IMG/VR virus record: IMGVR_UViG_3300022909_000024
Span: 1-58,858 of that record
Direction: 5' to 3' (one strand)
Length of the DNA: 58,858 nt
Source of the DNA: a virus
Lineage: Duplodnaviria; Caudoviricetes
The notes under the pieces are model-generated. The model made no database searches, was not told where the DNA came from, and saw only the letters and a program-made list of their open reading frames with translations. This document shows positions 10,032 to 20,846 of the stretch, piece after piece. Position 1 is the first letter of the stretch. Each line of letters starts with the position of its first letter. A program made the position numbers and the translations under genes.

Positions 10032-13000
10032 ATGAATGCTTTAGCCCGTTTAGAGAAAGGCATACAGAAAGCCATAGAGATAGGTGATGAAGATGCCTTA
10101 CGTATTCTCGGCACAGAAGCACGTAGGTTACAAGGGTTAGCAGCTACTACAACAGAAGATACAACTGACGACGAACTAGCAAAGGCGAGAGAAGAATTAG
10201 CCGCTGCATTAGCGCAACAAGAATACGAAGATACTACCGCGTTAGGTCGTGGTCTATCCCGTGGTGTTGATGTTGCTGGTCGTGGCTTTGGGTCTGCCCT
10301 TGAAGGTCTTGGTGGTGTACTTGGGTTAGAAGGGGTAGAAGAGTTCGGCGCTGAAATGGTTGCCGAAAACGAAGCCCAACTAGCCGAACAAGAAGCGATG
10401 GCTACGCGTTTAAAAGACGTAGAGGGCGTTGGTACTGGGTTAGATTACTTCCTTGAAACCCTTGGTGAAACTGCGCCACAGACTGGCCTTAGCCTAGGTG
10501 CTGGTGCTGCGGCTGGTGCTGCGGCTGGTACAGCGTTCGGCCCTGCCGGTACTATTGTTGGTGGTCTTGCTGGCGCTGCCTTGTCACAAATACCGTTCTT
10601 CTACGGTAATAACCGTGAAGCCCAGAAAGAAGCTATACAGCAGGGACTTCGCGTCGAGATGAGCGAAAGTGCTGCATTCCTAAACTCGTTACCACAAGCT
10701 GCCCTAGACGCCTTCGCTGAACGGTTGATGGTAGGTCGGTTGTTACCCACACAAAAAGCCATTCGTGCAGGGGGATTATTTACTCGTGTTGCTAAGGGTG
10801 CTGGTACTGGTGCCGCTGTCGAGGTACCCACTGAACTCGGACAAACATTAATCGAACGTGCACAAGCTGGACTAGAGCTTGACAGCGAAGAAGCCATAGA
10901 CGGATACATTGAAACCGCTGTTGCCGCTGGTCTGATTGGTGGTACGTTGGGTGGCGGTGCCGCAGGTATTAGTAGAGACTCGCGTGCAGTTGAAGCAGAA
11001 CAACGCGCTATTGTTGAACAAGAGGAACAAGAAGCTGCTGATGCTGCTGAAACCGCAGAAATTGAAGCTCTACTTGCAGAGGACGCTACCGCTGATGGTG
11101 CCGAAACCGCAGAGATCGAAGCATTACTCGCAGAAGACGCTGATGCTGCTGAAACCGCACAAATTGAAGCTCTACTCGCAGAAGAAGCTGCCGAAGCTGA
11201 ACGCCTCCGAAAGGCAGATCTTACTGCTAGAAGTACGACTCCCGAACAACAGCGTTATCGCATACTACAAACGGTAATTCAGAAAACAGCTAAGGCTGAC
11301 TCTACCCCTGAAAATCTACAAGCGTTGTTTCTAAGTAAGTTGAAGCAGATAAATCCTGACTTTGAACAGGTAGTAACTGAACAAGAGTTAAACACAATAC
11401 TACGTGCGGTAGATATAAAGAACACACCTACAACTGTAGAGAAACGTGAACCGCTAGGTGATCCTTCTGCTGACGTAAGCGAGTTGGAAGCACAAATACC
11501 AGAACGCCAACCAGTAAGCACAACGCCGGTACAAGCATCGTTCCCTAATTTGGGTCGCAAACGTGGCGCAAGACAAGAACCCGATGTAGTAGAAGAGGCA
11601 CCCGCCGCCCCTGTAATAGTTACTAAAGAATTACTAGATGATTTAGGTGTCAACCCTAGAGCAGGTATACGACAATCTGTTACTGGTAAAGATATAGCTG
11701 ATCCCGAAGTCCGCGAACAACTAATAGAGTTTGCTAACAACCCAGAAGTAGCATTCAAAACCAGAGAGAATGTAGCCAAAGAATTAGAAGGCATATCATC
11801 AGACCAGTTAAGCCTGTTTGGTCAGAAACGCCAACCTGCACCGCCTGTGTCACCTACTACCTCAACGGATACGGCTGGGTCTGAAGTAGCTGTCGATGAA
11901 ACAGTAGACGAAACAATAGACGAAACAATAGACGAAACAGTAGGCGAACCTGAAGTAGCTGTTGATGAAGTAGCGGTAGAACCTGAAGTAGCTGTTGATG
12001 ATGTAGCTGTTGATGGTGTAGCTGTTGATAAACCTGAAGTAGCGCCCCCTGCTGCACCAACGGTGGAATTAGACACAGCCGCTACATCCGGTGCTAACTA
12101 TCCACTAAACCCTAAGTTGGAGTTCAAACCCTACACGGTACTTATACCGGGGAAGCCTACACGGTTCTATACTCGTAAAGGTACTGCCGAGAGAGTGGCA
12201 GAGAAAGAGGGCGGTACGCTAGTAACAACTAGTGACCTAGATGAAGAACAGACGAACACGCTCGAAAACTTTAAATTTACACAAGAAGCATTTGCTGCCT
12301 TTGACGCAAAACAAAAACCCACTGAAGAAATACCAGAAGAAACCTTAGAGTTCGACCCAAAAGATGTTAGCTGGGCTAGACGTGCAGGGTACAATCCTGT
12401 ATGGGGCAATAAAGAGGTTGCCTTGAAATTGGGTTACGATGCTAAAACTAGCAAAGTCATGTACATGCCGCTGGTACGCACTCCAGACGGAAAAGTACAA
12501 AGTATGCCTAGGGACGTGTCGTATTTTAGATGGAAAACCCTTCTTCCCGCTTCACAACTGGCGGAACTTAAAGAAGCAAAAAGAAAAGCTATTGCTATAG
12601 ACGAAGCAACGCACAAGCGCAATCCTGACGGGCCTTTTAAACAAGGTGCCAAACTAGCATTCTCTCCTAACCTCTCCAAAGAAATTGCAAACACTGCACA
12701 ACAGTTCATAGAGATGTTGGGTATTAAAGATCGTGTATACATAACAAATTTTGAGGACGCCTCTAATCCTGAAATAGCTAAAGACAACAATTTATACGGC
12801 CCATTTGCGCGTATAGCTGCGGCAGAAAACCAACCAAAAACTACTGGCGGTTATACACAAACACTACCTAATGGTGACCATGTAATTGTTTTGCGACCTC
12901 TCACGCGTGCATCAGAGAATATAGAAACACTAGCACATGAGATAGGACACGTATTCGAGAAGACTGAGTACCAAAACGCCACCAAACAAGAAAAAGAAGC

Positions 13001-16000
13001 CATAAAAGCGGAATATAAAAAATGGCTGGCTAAGGCAGAAGCAGGTACTGTAGGCGAGCTTTTTGACTCGTTGCGTGCTCGTACCACAGCTAAAATGACT
13101 AAGGGTGTAAATAAAAATATACTAGACCGTCCAGTACAAGAAGTATTCGCCGGTAATCCTAATGCTAGACAGTATTGGCTCAGTTCAGGTGAATGGTTTG
13201 CCGACCAAGTATCTCGTTGGGCTGTAACTTCTGAAAAGCCACTAACTATTGTTGACAAGTTCTTTGCACGCGTTGCTGCGGGTATGCGTAGGTTATACCA
13301 AAGTCTAGCGGGTAAAGTTGGTTTGCCTAGTACGGCCTTCAAAGATTTCTTGGACAGTCGTGCAGTTACACCTGACCCACTAAACATACCGTTCCCTGAA
13401 GCAGTCAGTAAACCCAGACCCAAGCCTGAAGTTAAAGTCGAAGCTCGCACTAAGAAAGCAACGGTAGCGGGTGGTGCAGGGGTGCGTGGTAACCTAGCGG
13501 TTAAACCTGAAAAAGAAGCTAAACCTAAAAAAGGACTAGCCAAAAGAGCGAAGACTGCCGCCGCTAAAGAAAGGGCTGCGGTTAAGAGTAAAGAAGATCC
13601 AACCCTTGCAGAAGCTGAACTAGAAGCAAAACGTAAAGCGAGAGAAGCTGAACTACAAGAAATAGAAGCGGAGTTAGTAGCGTCTGGTCTATACATCGTA
13701 GAGACAGACAAAGATAGGGAGGGAATACGACAAGTAGCTATACGAAAACAAAGAGAAAGACGTTTCGATAAAGGTGTTTACAACATACAGGCGCAGTTCG
13801 ATCCTGACCTAGATGCGAAGCTGGATAACAACACCCTTAAGAATATTAAAGAAGGTAACCTGAAAGGTGCCTTGACCGCTTTAGCGTACGCCACTGACAA
13901 CCCGCGTGTAGCAAAGATTGCTTCTAAGCTGACTAACTTCGTTGGGGATACCCGCGTTGTTATCGTATCTGCCAAGCCTACTGACGAACTCGGTAAACGC
14001 TACCGTGCGGCATTGGATGAAGAAGCTAACACCAAGGGTGCCTTTATATACAGCGACAAAGATGCGGGTATTGATAACGTCATACTGCTTGATGATACGG
14101 CTGGTGTTACCGCACATAACCTACTGCATGAAATGGCGCACGCAGCTACGATCCAAGAACTGCAAAAACCGTCTAGTCCTGTTACTAAACAACTGACCAA
14201 CTTGTATAACTACGCCAAGCCGTATATGGATGGGTACTACGGATCAGAATCGGTAGAAGAGTTCGTTGCAGAAGTATTTGGTAACTACAAGTTCAGGCAG
14301 CATCTAGCTACCATACCAGTTGATGGTGACAAGACCACAGTGTTCCAACGTGTACTAGATGTTATTAAGCAGTTTATACGTCGCATAACAGGCACTCCAA
14401 GTGATGTTGCAGGTACCGCAGACAGACTTATAGAAGACATATTAGCGCCTTACGAAGGGGTGCGTGGCTCGGGTATCTTATACAACTCCTCAGTCATAGG
14501 TAAGGCCAAAGACGCATTTGAAAACATGTATGAGAGTGTGCCTACGTTCAAAGAAGTGGGTGAACGAGGTATCGTCAAGAGCCTACTTGCTCCTGTCCCG
14601 GAGAGCGCCAAGAAGTTTAGCCTTGGTTTGTTAGACTTAAACGCTATTACTAAAATAGCCGAAGGTAAGCTGAATAATGTAAAAGAGTTACTACGCGTTG
14701 TACGTGAGCAGAGCGGTGCTATAAACAAGTTCAACACAGGTGTAGAAGCTCTTACGAAGCGCACTGCTGAATGGGCAGGTAAGAACGTAGAGAAGATGCA
14801 AGAGTTAAGCAGGATACTGACTCGCAGTACCTACTTGCAGTTAGATCCTACACTTACGTTACAGGAAGCCCAAAAGAAATACGGCAAAGATCCAGATCAA
14901 CTAGCGGAGTGGAAAAACCTTCGTGATAGGTATAACAAGCTAGGGGAAGGGCAGAACTTCTACAAGGCATGGCGTAACCAGTACAAGGCTATGTATGACC
15001 AAGTGCGTGAGTTAATGGACAGTAGGTTAAGTGCTGACGTTAAAAACCCTGCGGATCGCAAGGTGTTGGTTAACAAACTATACGAAAAGCTAACCTCGAA
15101 CGGCGTTATAGACCCATATTTCCCACTGATGCGTACGGGTAAATTCTGGTTGGAATACAATGCAGTAGACCCCGACACAGGCAATATCGAATATTACGTA
15201 GAAGCGTTTACTAGCGTCCGAGAGCGTAAGGAAGCGATAAAGCAGGTAGAAAAACATTGGTCAAACCCAGACGCAAAGAACAAGGCGACCGTCGAAAAAC
15301 TGTTAGCTGACACCGGTAAAACCAAAGCTGAAGCGATAAAAAGTATCAGCGGGGTAAACGCATTTGCCAGCCTAGAGCAAGCTAACTTTAGAAAGAACGC
15401 CCCACCTACTTCGTTTGTCAACAACGTGCTTGATATCTTAGAAGCGGGGGGTATTAAGTCAGATAATGTTATACAAGAGCAGATCATGCGTCTGTTCTTA
15501 GATACGTTGCCAGAACGTTCTTTCGCTAACTCGTTTAGACACAGAAAGAACCGACGCGGTGCTATGGGTGACGTAACGCCTACTGAACGACAGATACCAA
15601 ATCACGATATTATTTTTGGCTTACGTAACCGTGCACTTAATCTAGGGCAGCAGTTGTCTAGAATAAAGTACGGTGCACAGATGCGTGCATTACAAGATGA
15701 CTTCAAGCAGCAAGCAGCGGATATTAACAGTAGAAAAGACATATCTGATGAAGATAAGAAAGTAGCAATACTATTAGCCGACGAGCTTGGTGATCGCGCA
15801 GCTTGGGCAGCTAGTCCTATGGTGCAGCCTTGGGCACGCCTTGCTACTAGTTTCGGTTTCAACATGACGTTAGGTCTGAACATATCTTCTGCGCTGGTCA
15901 ACTTGTCGCAGATACCGATGGTAGTCGTGCCTTATCTAGGTGCTCAGTATGGATACGGCAATACAGCTAAAGCCCTGCAAGAAGCCACAAAGATCTTTAT

Positions 16001-17444
16001 GGGTAGTGGCAACAAACGTAAGGTCGAGGTAATGGGGCCAGACGGTAAGACCAAAGAAGAGATCACCGCTGCACAGTCACTAGACAATTACGACTTTGAT
16101 GGTATGGATAAGAACAACCCGTTGCGAAGATTTGCAACGCTATCGAAGCTGGCAGATGACTTAGGGCAGTTAAACCGTTCTATTGCTTACGATATCGCAG
16201 ATGTTGACTCGATAGACAACCCAATGGCTAAGGTTAACTCTATAACAGGGTTTATATTCCACCACGGAGAACGCGCTAACCGACAGGTCGCTATGATAAT
16301 GGCGTACGATTTGGCGCTCCAGAAGAAACTCAAAGACAAAGGGTTAAAACCCAATCAGTGGGAGCAGTTAGGCGAAACAGAACTGAATGACATTGCACTT
16401 GATGCACTGAACGTCACTGAAATGACTAACGGTGGTATTGCTGCTGCGGCAGCGCCACGTATCGCACAAGACGGTATCGGTAAGGTAGCGTTCCTATTCA
16501 AGCGGTACGGGTCAGCTATGTACTTCATGCTGTATGACCTCATTGATACTTCGTTCACAGGAAACGAAAAGGCTCGCAAGATTGCACGGGCACAACTTAG
16601 AGGGGTGTTTGGTGGTGCGGCGTTAGTCGCAGGGGTACAGGGGCTACCGTTCTTTGGTGTCGTTGCCATGATCTCTAACATGTTTAAGGAAGACGACGAA
16701 GAAGACTTTGAAACCTCTGTCCGTAAGTATATAGGCGAAGGGCCATACGGTGGTGCAGTCAATTATCTGTTTGGTGTGGATGTAGCCAGCAGGATGGGTC
16801 TGTCTAACCTGATCTTCCGTGACAGAATGATAGAAAAAGACCAAAGCGTATTCTTCACCGCAGCGGAACAACTAGGTGGCCCTGTGTTAGGTTCTTTAAT
16901 GCAGATGGAGCGCGGAGCCGAACTTTGGGGTGAAGGTGAAATGTTGCGTGGTATAGAAGCTGCTATGCCAGCCGCCATAAGGAATGGCTTTAAGAGTGTG
17001 CGGTTTGCTAACGAAGGCGCACGTACGTTACGTGGTGACCCTATCGTCGAAGACTTCCATGCGGGGCATGTTGCTGCACAGTTTATGGGTTTCGCACCAG
17101 CGGAGTATACGCGACAGCTACAACAAAACGCTTCGCTTAAAAAGATAGACCGTGCAACTAACGAGGAACGCACTAAGCTCTTACGTAAATACTATGTAGG
17201 TATGCGTAATAACAACGTATCCGCAGTACAACGTATCATGGAAGATATGGTGGACTTCAATAGTAGACACCCAGAACACGGTATCACGCCAGACACGATT
17301 AAACGATCTATGGCGCAGCACATGCGGACTACCGCTAAAATGCACTATGGTGTTACGTTAAGTCCAAGGTTACGCAGTAAGTTGCAGGATCTTGGAGATG
17401 ACTGGGATGACTCACCAACCTTCGCCAGTGACTTTGGGTTATAA
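10032..17444 (+). CDS. Giant (2470 aa) polyvalent-type internal virion/ejection protein with two zincin-like HExxH motifs and a PLxRFG-like motif
   Basis: LAHEIGH...EWFAD (12936), LLHEMAH...EEFVAE (14127), YFPLMRTG (15117), Gly/Ala-rich hydrophobic N-terminal stretches; last gene of the late arm. Confidence 0.65.
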   Translation: MNALARLEKGIQKAIEIGDEDALRILGTEARRLQGLAATTTEDTTDDELAKAREELAAALAQQEYEDTTALGRGLSRGVDVAGRGFGSALEGLGGVLGLEGVEEFGAEMVAENEAQLAEQEAMATRLKDVEGVGTGLDYFLETLGETAPQTGLSLGAGAAAGAAAGTAFGPAGTIVGGLAGAALSQIPFFYGNNREAQKEAIQQGLRVEMSESAAFLNSLPQAALDAFAERLMVGRLLPTQKAIRAGGLFTRVAKGAGTGAAVEVPTELGQTLIERAQAGLELDSEEAIDGYIETAVAAGLIGGTLGGGAAGISRDSRAVEAEQRAIVEQEEQEAADAAETAEIEALLAEDATADGAETAEIEALLAEDADAAETAQIEALLAEEAAEAERLRKADLTARSTTPEQQRYRILQTVIQKTAKADSTPENLQALFLSKLKQINPDFEQVVTEQELNTILRAVDIKNTPTTVEKREPLGDPSADVSELEAQIPERQPVSTTPVQASFPNLGRKRGARQEPDVVEEAPAAPVIVTKELLDDLGVNPRAGIRQSVTGKDIADPEVREQLIEFANNPEVAFKTRENVAKELEGISSDQLSLFGQKRQPAPPVSPTTSTDTAGSEVAVDETVDETIDETIDETVGEPEVAVDEVAVEPEVAVDDVAVDGVAVDKPEVAPPAAPTVELDTAATSGANYPLNPKLEFKPYTVLIPGKPTRFYTRKGTAERVAEKEGGTLVTTSDLDEEQTNTLENFKFTQEAFAAFDAKQKPTEEIPEETLEFDPKDVSWARRAGYNPVWGNKEVALKLGYDAKTSKVMYMPLVRTPDGKVQSMPRDVSYFRWKTLLPASQLAELKEAKRKAIAIDEATHKRNPDGPFKQGAKLAFSPNLSKEIANTAQQFIEMLGIKDRVYITNFEDASNPEIAKDNNLYGPFARIAAAENQPKTTGGYTQTLPNGDHVIVLRPLTRASENIETLAHEIGHVFEKTEYQNATKQEKEAIKAEYKKWLAKAEAGTVGELFDSLRARTTAKMTKGVNKNILDRPVQEVFAGNPNARQYWLSSGEWFADQVSRWAVTSEKPLTIVDKFFARVAAGMRRLYQSLAGKVGLPSTAFKDFLDSRAVTPDPLNIPFPEAVSKPRPKPEVKVEARTKKATVAGGAGVRGNLAVKPEKEAKPKKGLAKRAKTAAAKERAAVKSKEDPTLAEAELEAKRKAREAELQEIEAELVASGLYIVETDKDREGIRQVAIRKQRERRFDKGVYNIQAQFDPDLDAKLDNNTLKNIKEGNLKGALTALAYATDNPRVAKIASKLTNFVGDTRVVIVSAKPTDELGKRYRAALDEEANTKGAFIYSDKDAGIDNVILLDDTAGVTAHNLLHEMAHAATIQELQKPSSPVTKQLTNLYNYAKPYMDGYYGSESVEEFVAEVFGNYKFRQHLATIPVDGDKTTVFQRVLDVIKQFIRRITGTPSDVAGTADRLIEDILAPYEGVRGSGILYNSSVIGKAKDAFENMYESVPTFKEVGERGIVKSLLAPVPESAKKFSLGLLDLNAITKIAEGKLNNVKELLRVVREQSGAINKFNTGVEALTKRTAEWAGKNVEKMQELSRILTRSTYLQLDPTLTLQEAQKKYGKDPDQLAEWKNLRDRYNKLGEGQNFYKAWRNQYKAMYDQVRELMDSRLSADVKNPADRKVLVNKLYEKLTSNGVIDPYFPLMRTGKFWLEYNAVDPDTGNIEYYVEAFTSVRERKEAIKQVEKHWSNPDAKNKATVEKLLADTGKTKAEAIKSISGVNAFASLEQANFRKNAPPTSFVNNVLDILEAGGIKSDNVIQEQIMRLFLDTLPERSFANSFRHRKNRRGAMGDVTPTERQIPNHDIIFGLRNRALNLGQQLSRIKYGAQMRALQDDFKQQAADINSRKDISDEDKKVAILLADELGDRAAWAASPMVQPWARLATSFGFNMTLGLNISSALVNLSQIPMVVVPYLGAQYGYGNTAKALQEATKIFMGSGNKRKVEVMGPDGKTKEEITAAQSLDNYDFDGMDKNNPLRRFATLSKLADDLGQLNRSIAYDIADVDSIDNPMAKVNSITGFIFHHGERANRQVAMIMAYDLALQKKLKDKGLKPNQWEQLGETELNDIALDALNVTEMTNGGIAAAAAPRIAQDGIGKVAFLFKRYGSAMYFMLYDLIDTSFTGNEKARKIARAQLRGVFGGAALVAGVQGLPFFGVVAMISNMFKEDDEEDFETSVRKYIGEGPYGGAVNYLFGVDVASRMGLSNLIFRDRMIEKDQSVFFTAAEQLGGPVLGSLMQMERGAELWGEGEMLRGIEAAMPAAIRNGFKSVRFANEGARTLRGDPIVEDFHAGHVAAQFMGFAPAEYTRQLQQNASLKKIDRATNEERTKLLRKYYVGMRNNNVSAVQRIMEDMVDFNSRHPEHGITPDTIKRSMAQHMRTTAKMHYGVTLSPRLRSKLQDLGDDWDDSPTFASDFGL

Positions 17445-17445
17445 C

Positions 17446-17595
17446 TTACTCGTCCATCCGCAAGCGTTGTTCTTTATCTAGTATTCTTAATACCGACAAT
17501 ACAAATTGATCGTCTGCTGCATCTAACACGTTTGTGTCACGTAGCTTCACTAACGTCATCCACGCGTACAGTAAGTCGTTTCTTGTTGGCTCCAT
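17446..17595 (-). CDS. Small hypothetical protein, 49 aa (MEPTRNDLLYAW...)
   Basis: Not in the ORF track; AAGGAG RBS upstream of ATG; stop abuts the convergent gene. Confidence 0.6.
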   Translation of the reverse strand: MEPTRNDLLYAWMTLVKLRDTNVLDAADDQFVLSVLRILDKEQRLRMDE

Positions 17596-17624
17596 AAGTA
17601 CTCCTTGGTGTAGGAGTTAGGATA

Positions 17625-17697
17625 CCCCCTCCGAAGAGGGGGGCGCTCGAAGAGCAGGAGGCGACAGAACGTTATGCGAGAAGGAGGACGAACTGTC
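17625..17697 (-). ncRNA. Candidate structured small RNA with two anti-Shine-Dalgarno (CCUCCU) motifs
   Basis: Minus strand: GACAG-UU-CGU[CCUCCUUCUCGCAUA]ACG-UU-CUGUC, then CCUCCU, a small GCUC hairpin and CCCCCUC-UUCG-GAGGGGG. Confidence 0.4.
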
Positions 17698-17709
17698 TAG
17701 GCCAATATA

Positions 17710-17937
17710 TCACAAAATACGCCAAACACGAACACCCCACTTATCCCCTGCTACTCCTACTTTAGTCTCAATATCCCAACCCCAAGCTGATGTTATTTTG
17801 TTTATTTGTTGTACTGCCTTGGTGGTATTAATGCAAGGGATAAACATAGACATGCCCACCTGCACCTCATGCCACTTTACTACAATCCGAACCCCATCAG
17901 GGCTAAGATCATACGTCCGCAGTATTCCCCGCTTCAT
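17710..17937 (-). CDS. Hypothetical protein (GVRVWR C-terminus)
   Basis: 75-aa ORF overlapping the primase-helicase 3' end. Confidence 0.6.
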   Translation of the reverse strand: MKRGILRTYDLSPDGVRIVVKWHEVQVGMSMFIPCINTTKAVQQINKITSAWGWDIETKVGVAGDKWGVRVWRIL

Positions 17938-20737
17938 CGTCGTCGCCCATCTGCACTATGATTACGTCTTGCCCTTTCATCTGGAAGTGCGTGCCTTTAC
18001 CTAATCGTACTTTTGCACGTTTGGCACCCATATTCTTAACGAGTTCGTTAACAAAAGAACCGTAGTTTATTTGTTGTTTACCGCACCATATACGAAACGG
18101 TTTCGGTATTAGGTACAGCTTCTTAACATCTGTCTCATACCTTGCCACCATTTTGCCCCGAGGGATGGCGTCAGGTTGTATCAATGAATCCATTGCAGAA
18201 CCATCTTGTTTACGTAGATCACTGGTGCTTTTTATCTTTAAGATGTTATCGTAATGCTCATTGATGTATTCGTTCAGCGTTTGCTCTAGGGAAACCGCCA
18301 TATCTCCTACACGGCGTTTGTTTTCTTTAAATCTATCTACTATGAACTTAGCGATACCACCCATGTCATAAGGTATCAAACCCAGACGTTGCGCCATTAT
18401 ACCGCCAGCAACATTCACAGCTCCCCCCGCTGACCAAAACCTATTTTCAGAAGCCATCGCCGCCTCTTTGTCTAGACGCAGTTGTACCTCTTTTATCATT
18501 GGAAATATTTGATCGGGGTTATCCATAAGGTATCTTATAAATATAGGCCCAGCATGACCGTAACATTTCTCTAGCTTTGCGCTAAAAGCATCTGTCTCTT
18601 CTTTAGTATCTGGACTTTTAAATATCTTGTCCGCTTGTACTTCAAGTATCCGTTGCGCTTCTGCACTTGGGTTTTCTTTGCGTAAGCTAATCCGTTCTAT
18701 CGCACTTGTATTGCCTGTAGTAATCGCTACTAGACTCCAAGGTTCACCTCTGAGACGCTCTGTATTGCTCCCACTCACCATACGAGCACGCTGCTTTCCT
18801 GAAGTAAACTGGTACGCCAAGGTACTCAAATCTTCTGGGCTAGTGTTGGTCATCTCATCTATGTATAGGGGTAGGTTATGCAGTATTTCTGACCGCAACA
18901 TCTTACTGTTGTGCGTGTCTTGCTCGTCTAACACTAACTGCTTAGGGTTACCCCATATAGTTGCCGAAGCATACATCGCTGTAGTCTTACCAAGCCCAGA
19001 ATCTTTACTATGTACGTGCATGGCAGAACAGGCTATACCCCCCATGAAGTGCATTAATATAGAACCAAACCCCGCACAGATAATATATTGATGCAGCTCA
19101 AACCCCGGCCTGTTGTAGAACTGCATGAGTTCCTTCCATTCCTCCAACGTACCCTTGGGTTCAAATGCAGGGAATAACCCTGCGGTTTGTGCTGACGGTG
19201 GGTTAAACTCAACACCGTCTTTAGTTATTACTTGATTACCTATAACAAAAGCATCTACGCCATCTCCTACCCAACCAAACTGTCTATGCGCTTTTTGTGC
19301 CACTGTCGTCTCCTGTAGTTCGTTAATCCAAGTTAATAGGTATTTCATCAGGTCATCTACGAAAGGCACCGCTACACCACGCATGGCTAGTTGCTTTCTA
19401 AGCTCATCCTTAGCCCCGACCGCAGTTAGCGGTAACGTAAACTCACGTACGCCATCTTTTGGTAGGTGCAACCGAATAGCTATCTGCTCCCCTATTTCAG
19501 GGTCTATGACTCGCTGCACCACATATATGTCGTTACGGTAAATAAGTTTCTCGTCTTCGTTACCTTCTGAATCTTTAGTGTGTAAATACACCCCACCGTT
19601 TGCACCACGTAGGTACGGAAAAGGGTATTTCGGTATTACGTAAGTGTTGACAGGTGAGTTAGGTAAATCTAACGCGGGTTCCTGCACCACGTTGTCTTCT
19701 TCAACTGCCTCTTTTATTAGCTTGCCTAGTTGTAGTGGTGACCTGAACTTCGCACGGTTAGGGCACGCTAGACATGTTTCGGGCTTGTGTTCTTCAAACT
19801 TATTGCATGTATACCGTTTGTCAGACGTTAACTTATCCCACTTAGCGTCTGTCTCTTCAGCGTCGTACCCTATATACCCTTTCGATATTTGATGCGCTCG
19901 TTCCCGAGTACCATCACTACAGGCTTTCAGTATAGACAGCATTCCGCGCCATATCGGTTCCGATACTTCGTTCGGCTTTGTTAATGCGTCGTATATCTGT
20001 AAGCACCCCTTGTCCATACCAGAACGCTCGACGATGCGTTTAAACTTAAAGTCTTGGTTTTCAAGGGCAGCGTGCATCATTGCATTCGCACCCTCTATTC
20101 TTTTTGCGGGAACTGGTATCAAATCACCGCCAAGCAATAGGGAAAAGCTATCAAAGTCAACCAATACCGAATCCGTTGCCCCTATAAAAGACACTTCGAC
20201 TGGATCATCGGGTTTGTAGTTGTGGGTCTTAGGTACACGCAATACCCGTGCGGCATCCGCCGTAACTGCGGGGTCAGCCAGAAACTTGTTTTTGTTACAT
20301 AGAGCCTTGAGTCGCTCTGCTACAGGTAGCCAGTCATCGAGGCAGACTGATTCTTTTAACACCCAGTAAACGTGTACTCCGCGACCGGAGTTAATTAGTG
20401 TCGGGCGAGGTAGTAGGTTGGTCTTACAGAATTGTTGTAACGCAGTTAGGGCGTCTCGTTGGTTAGCAAACTCTTTGGATGGGCCGCAATCTAAATCTAA
20501 GAAAAAGGTTTTTACGTATTTAACATTGTCTACCTTACGGGATTTGTCCTCCTTAAAAGTAGATAGGGCGAAATATACATCGTAGCCTTGGTTGTCTAGA
20601 TCTTTTGCACTGTCTACCAAATCAGCGACAGAGGTAAAAAACTTTTGTACTCGCCTATCTATTTTCTTGTTAGAAGCAAAAATGCAATACAGTCCATCAT
20701 CTGCTAGGGCATCTTCTAAAAATTTTGTTGTTTCCAT
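17909..20737 (-). CDS. Primase-helicase: N-terminal RepB/AEP-type primase, Cys cluster, C-terminal DUF927-type P-loop helicase
   Basis: FFLDLDCG, SGRGVHVYW, DAARVLRVP primase motifs; CxxC; SGLGKTT Walker A; YIDEMT Walker B. Start placed at ATG 20737. Confidence 0.8.
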   Translation of the reverse strand: METTKFLEDALADDGLYCIFASNKKIDRRVQKFFTSVADLVDSAKDLDNQGYDVYFALSTFKEDKSRKVDNVKYVKTFFLDLDCGPSKEFANQRDALTALQQFCKTNLLPRPTLINSGRGVHVYWVLKESVCLDDWLPVAERLKALCNKNKFLADPAVTADAARVLRVPKTHNYKPDDPVEVSFIGATDSVLVDFDSFSLLLGGDLIPVPAKRIEGANAMMHAALENQDFKFKRIVERSGMDKGCLQIYDALTKPNEVSEPIWRGMLSILKACSDGTRERAHQISKGYIGYDAEETDAKWDKLTSDKRYTCNKFEEHKPETCLACPNRAKFRSPLQLGKLIKEAVEEDNVVQEPALDLPNSPVNTYVIPKYPFPYLRGANGGVYLHTKDSEGNEDEKLIYRNDIYVVQRVIDPEIGEQIAIRLHLPKDGVREFTLPLTAVGAKDELRKQLAMRGVAVPFVDDLMKYLLTWINELQETTVAQKAHRQFGWVGDGVDAFVIGNQVITKDGVEFNPPSAQTAGLFPAFEPKGTLEEWKELMQFYNRPGFELHQYIICAGFGSILMHFMGGIACSAMHVHSKDSGLGKTTAMYASATIWGNPKQLVLDEQDTHNSKMLRSEILHNLPLYIDEMTNTSPEDLSTLAYQFTSGKQRARMVSGSNTERLRGEPWSLVAITTGNTSAIERISLRKENPSAEAQRILEVQADKIFKSPDTKEETDAFSAKLEKCYGHAGPIFIRYLMDNPDQIFPMIKEVQLRLDKEAAMASENRFWSAGGAVNVAGGIMAQRLGLIPYDMGGIAKFIVDRFKENKRRVGDMAVSLEQTLNEYINEHYDNILKIKSTSDLRKQDGSAMDSLIQPDAIPRGKMVARYETDVKKLYLIPKPFRIWCGKQQINYGSFVNELVKNMGAKRAKVRLGKGTHFQMKGQDVIIVQMGDDDEAGNTADV

Positions 20738-20758
20738 AGCTATCTCAGAACCGAAAGT

Positions 20759-20809
20759 TACCACGGCAGGGGCAGTAATCCACCCTTTTCAGTAATCCTA
20801 GCCGTGGTA
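20759..20809 (-). promoter_or_regulatory. Structured leader upstream of the primase-helicase
   Basis: 9-bp stem TACCACGGC/GCCGTGGTA enclosing two GGATTACTG direct repeats. Confidence 0.4.
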
Positions 20810-20814
20810 TAAGT

Positions 20815-20846
20815 TAAAAGCATGGGTACGCCCGTGGGCATACCCA
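20815..20846 (-). terminator. Possible intrinsic terminator after the SSB gene
   Basis: TGGGTATGCCC-AC-GGGCGTACCCA hairpin followed by TGCTTTT on the minus strand. Confidence 0.4.
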
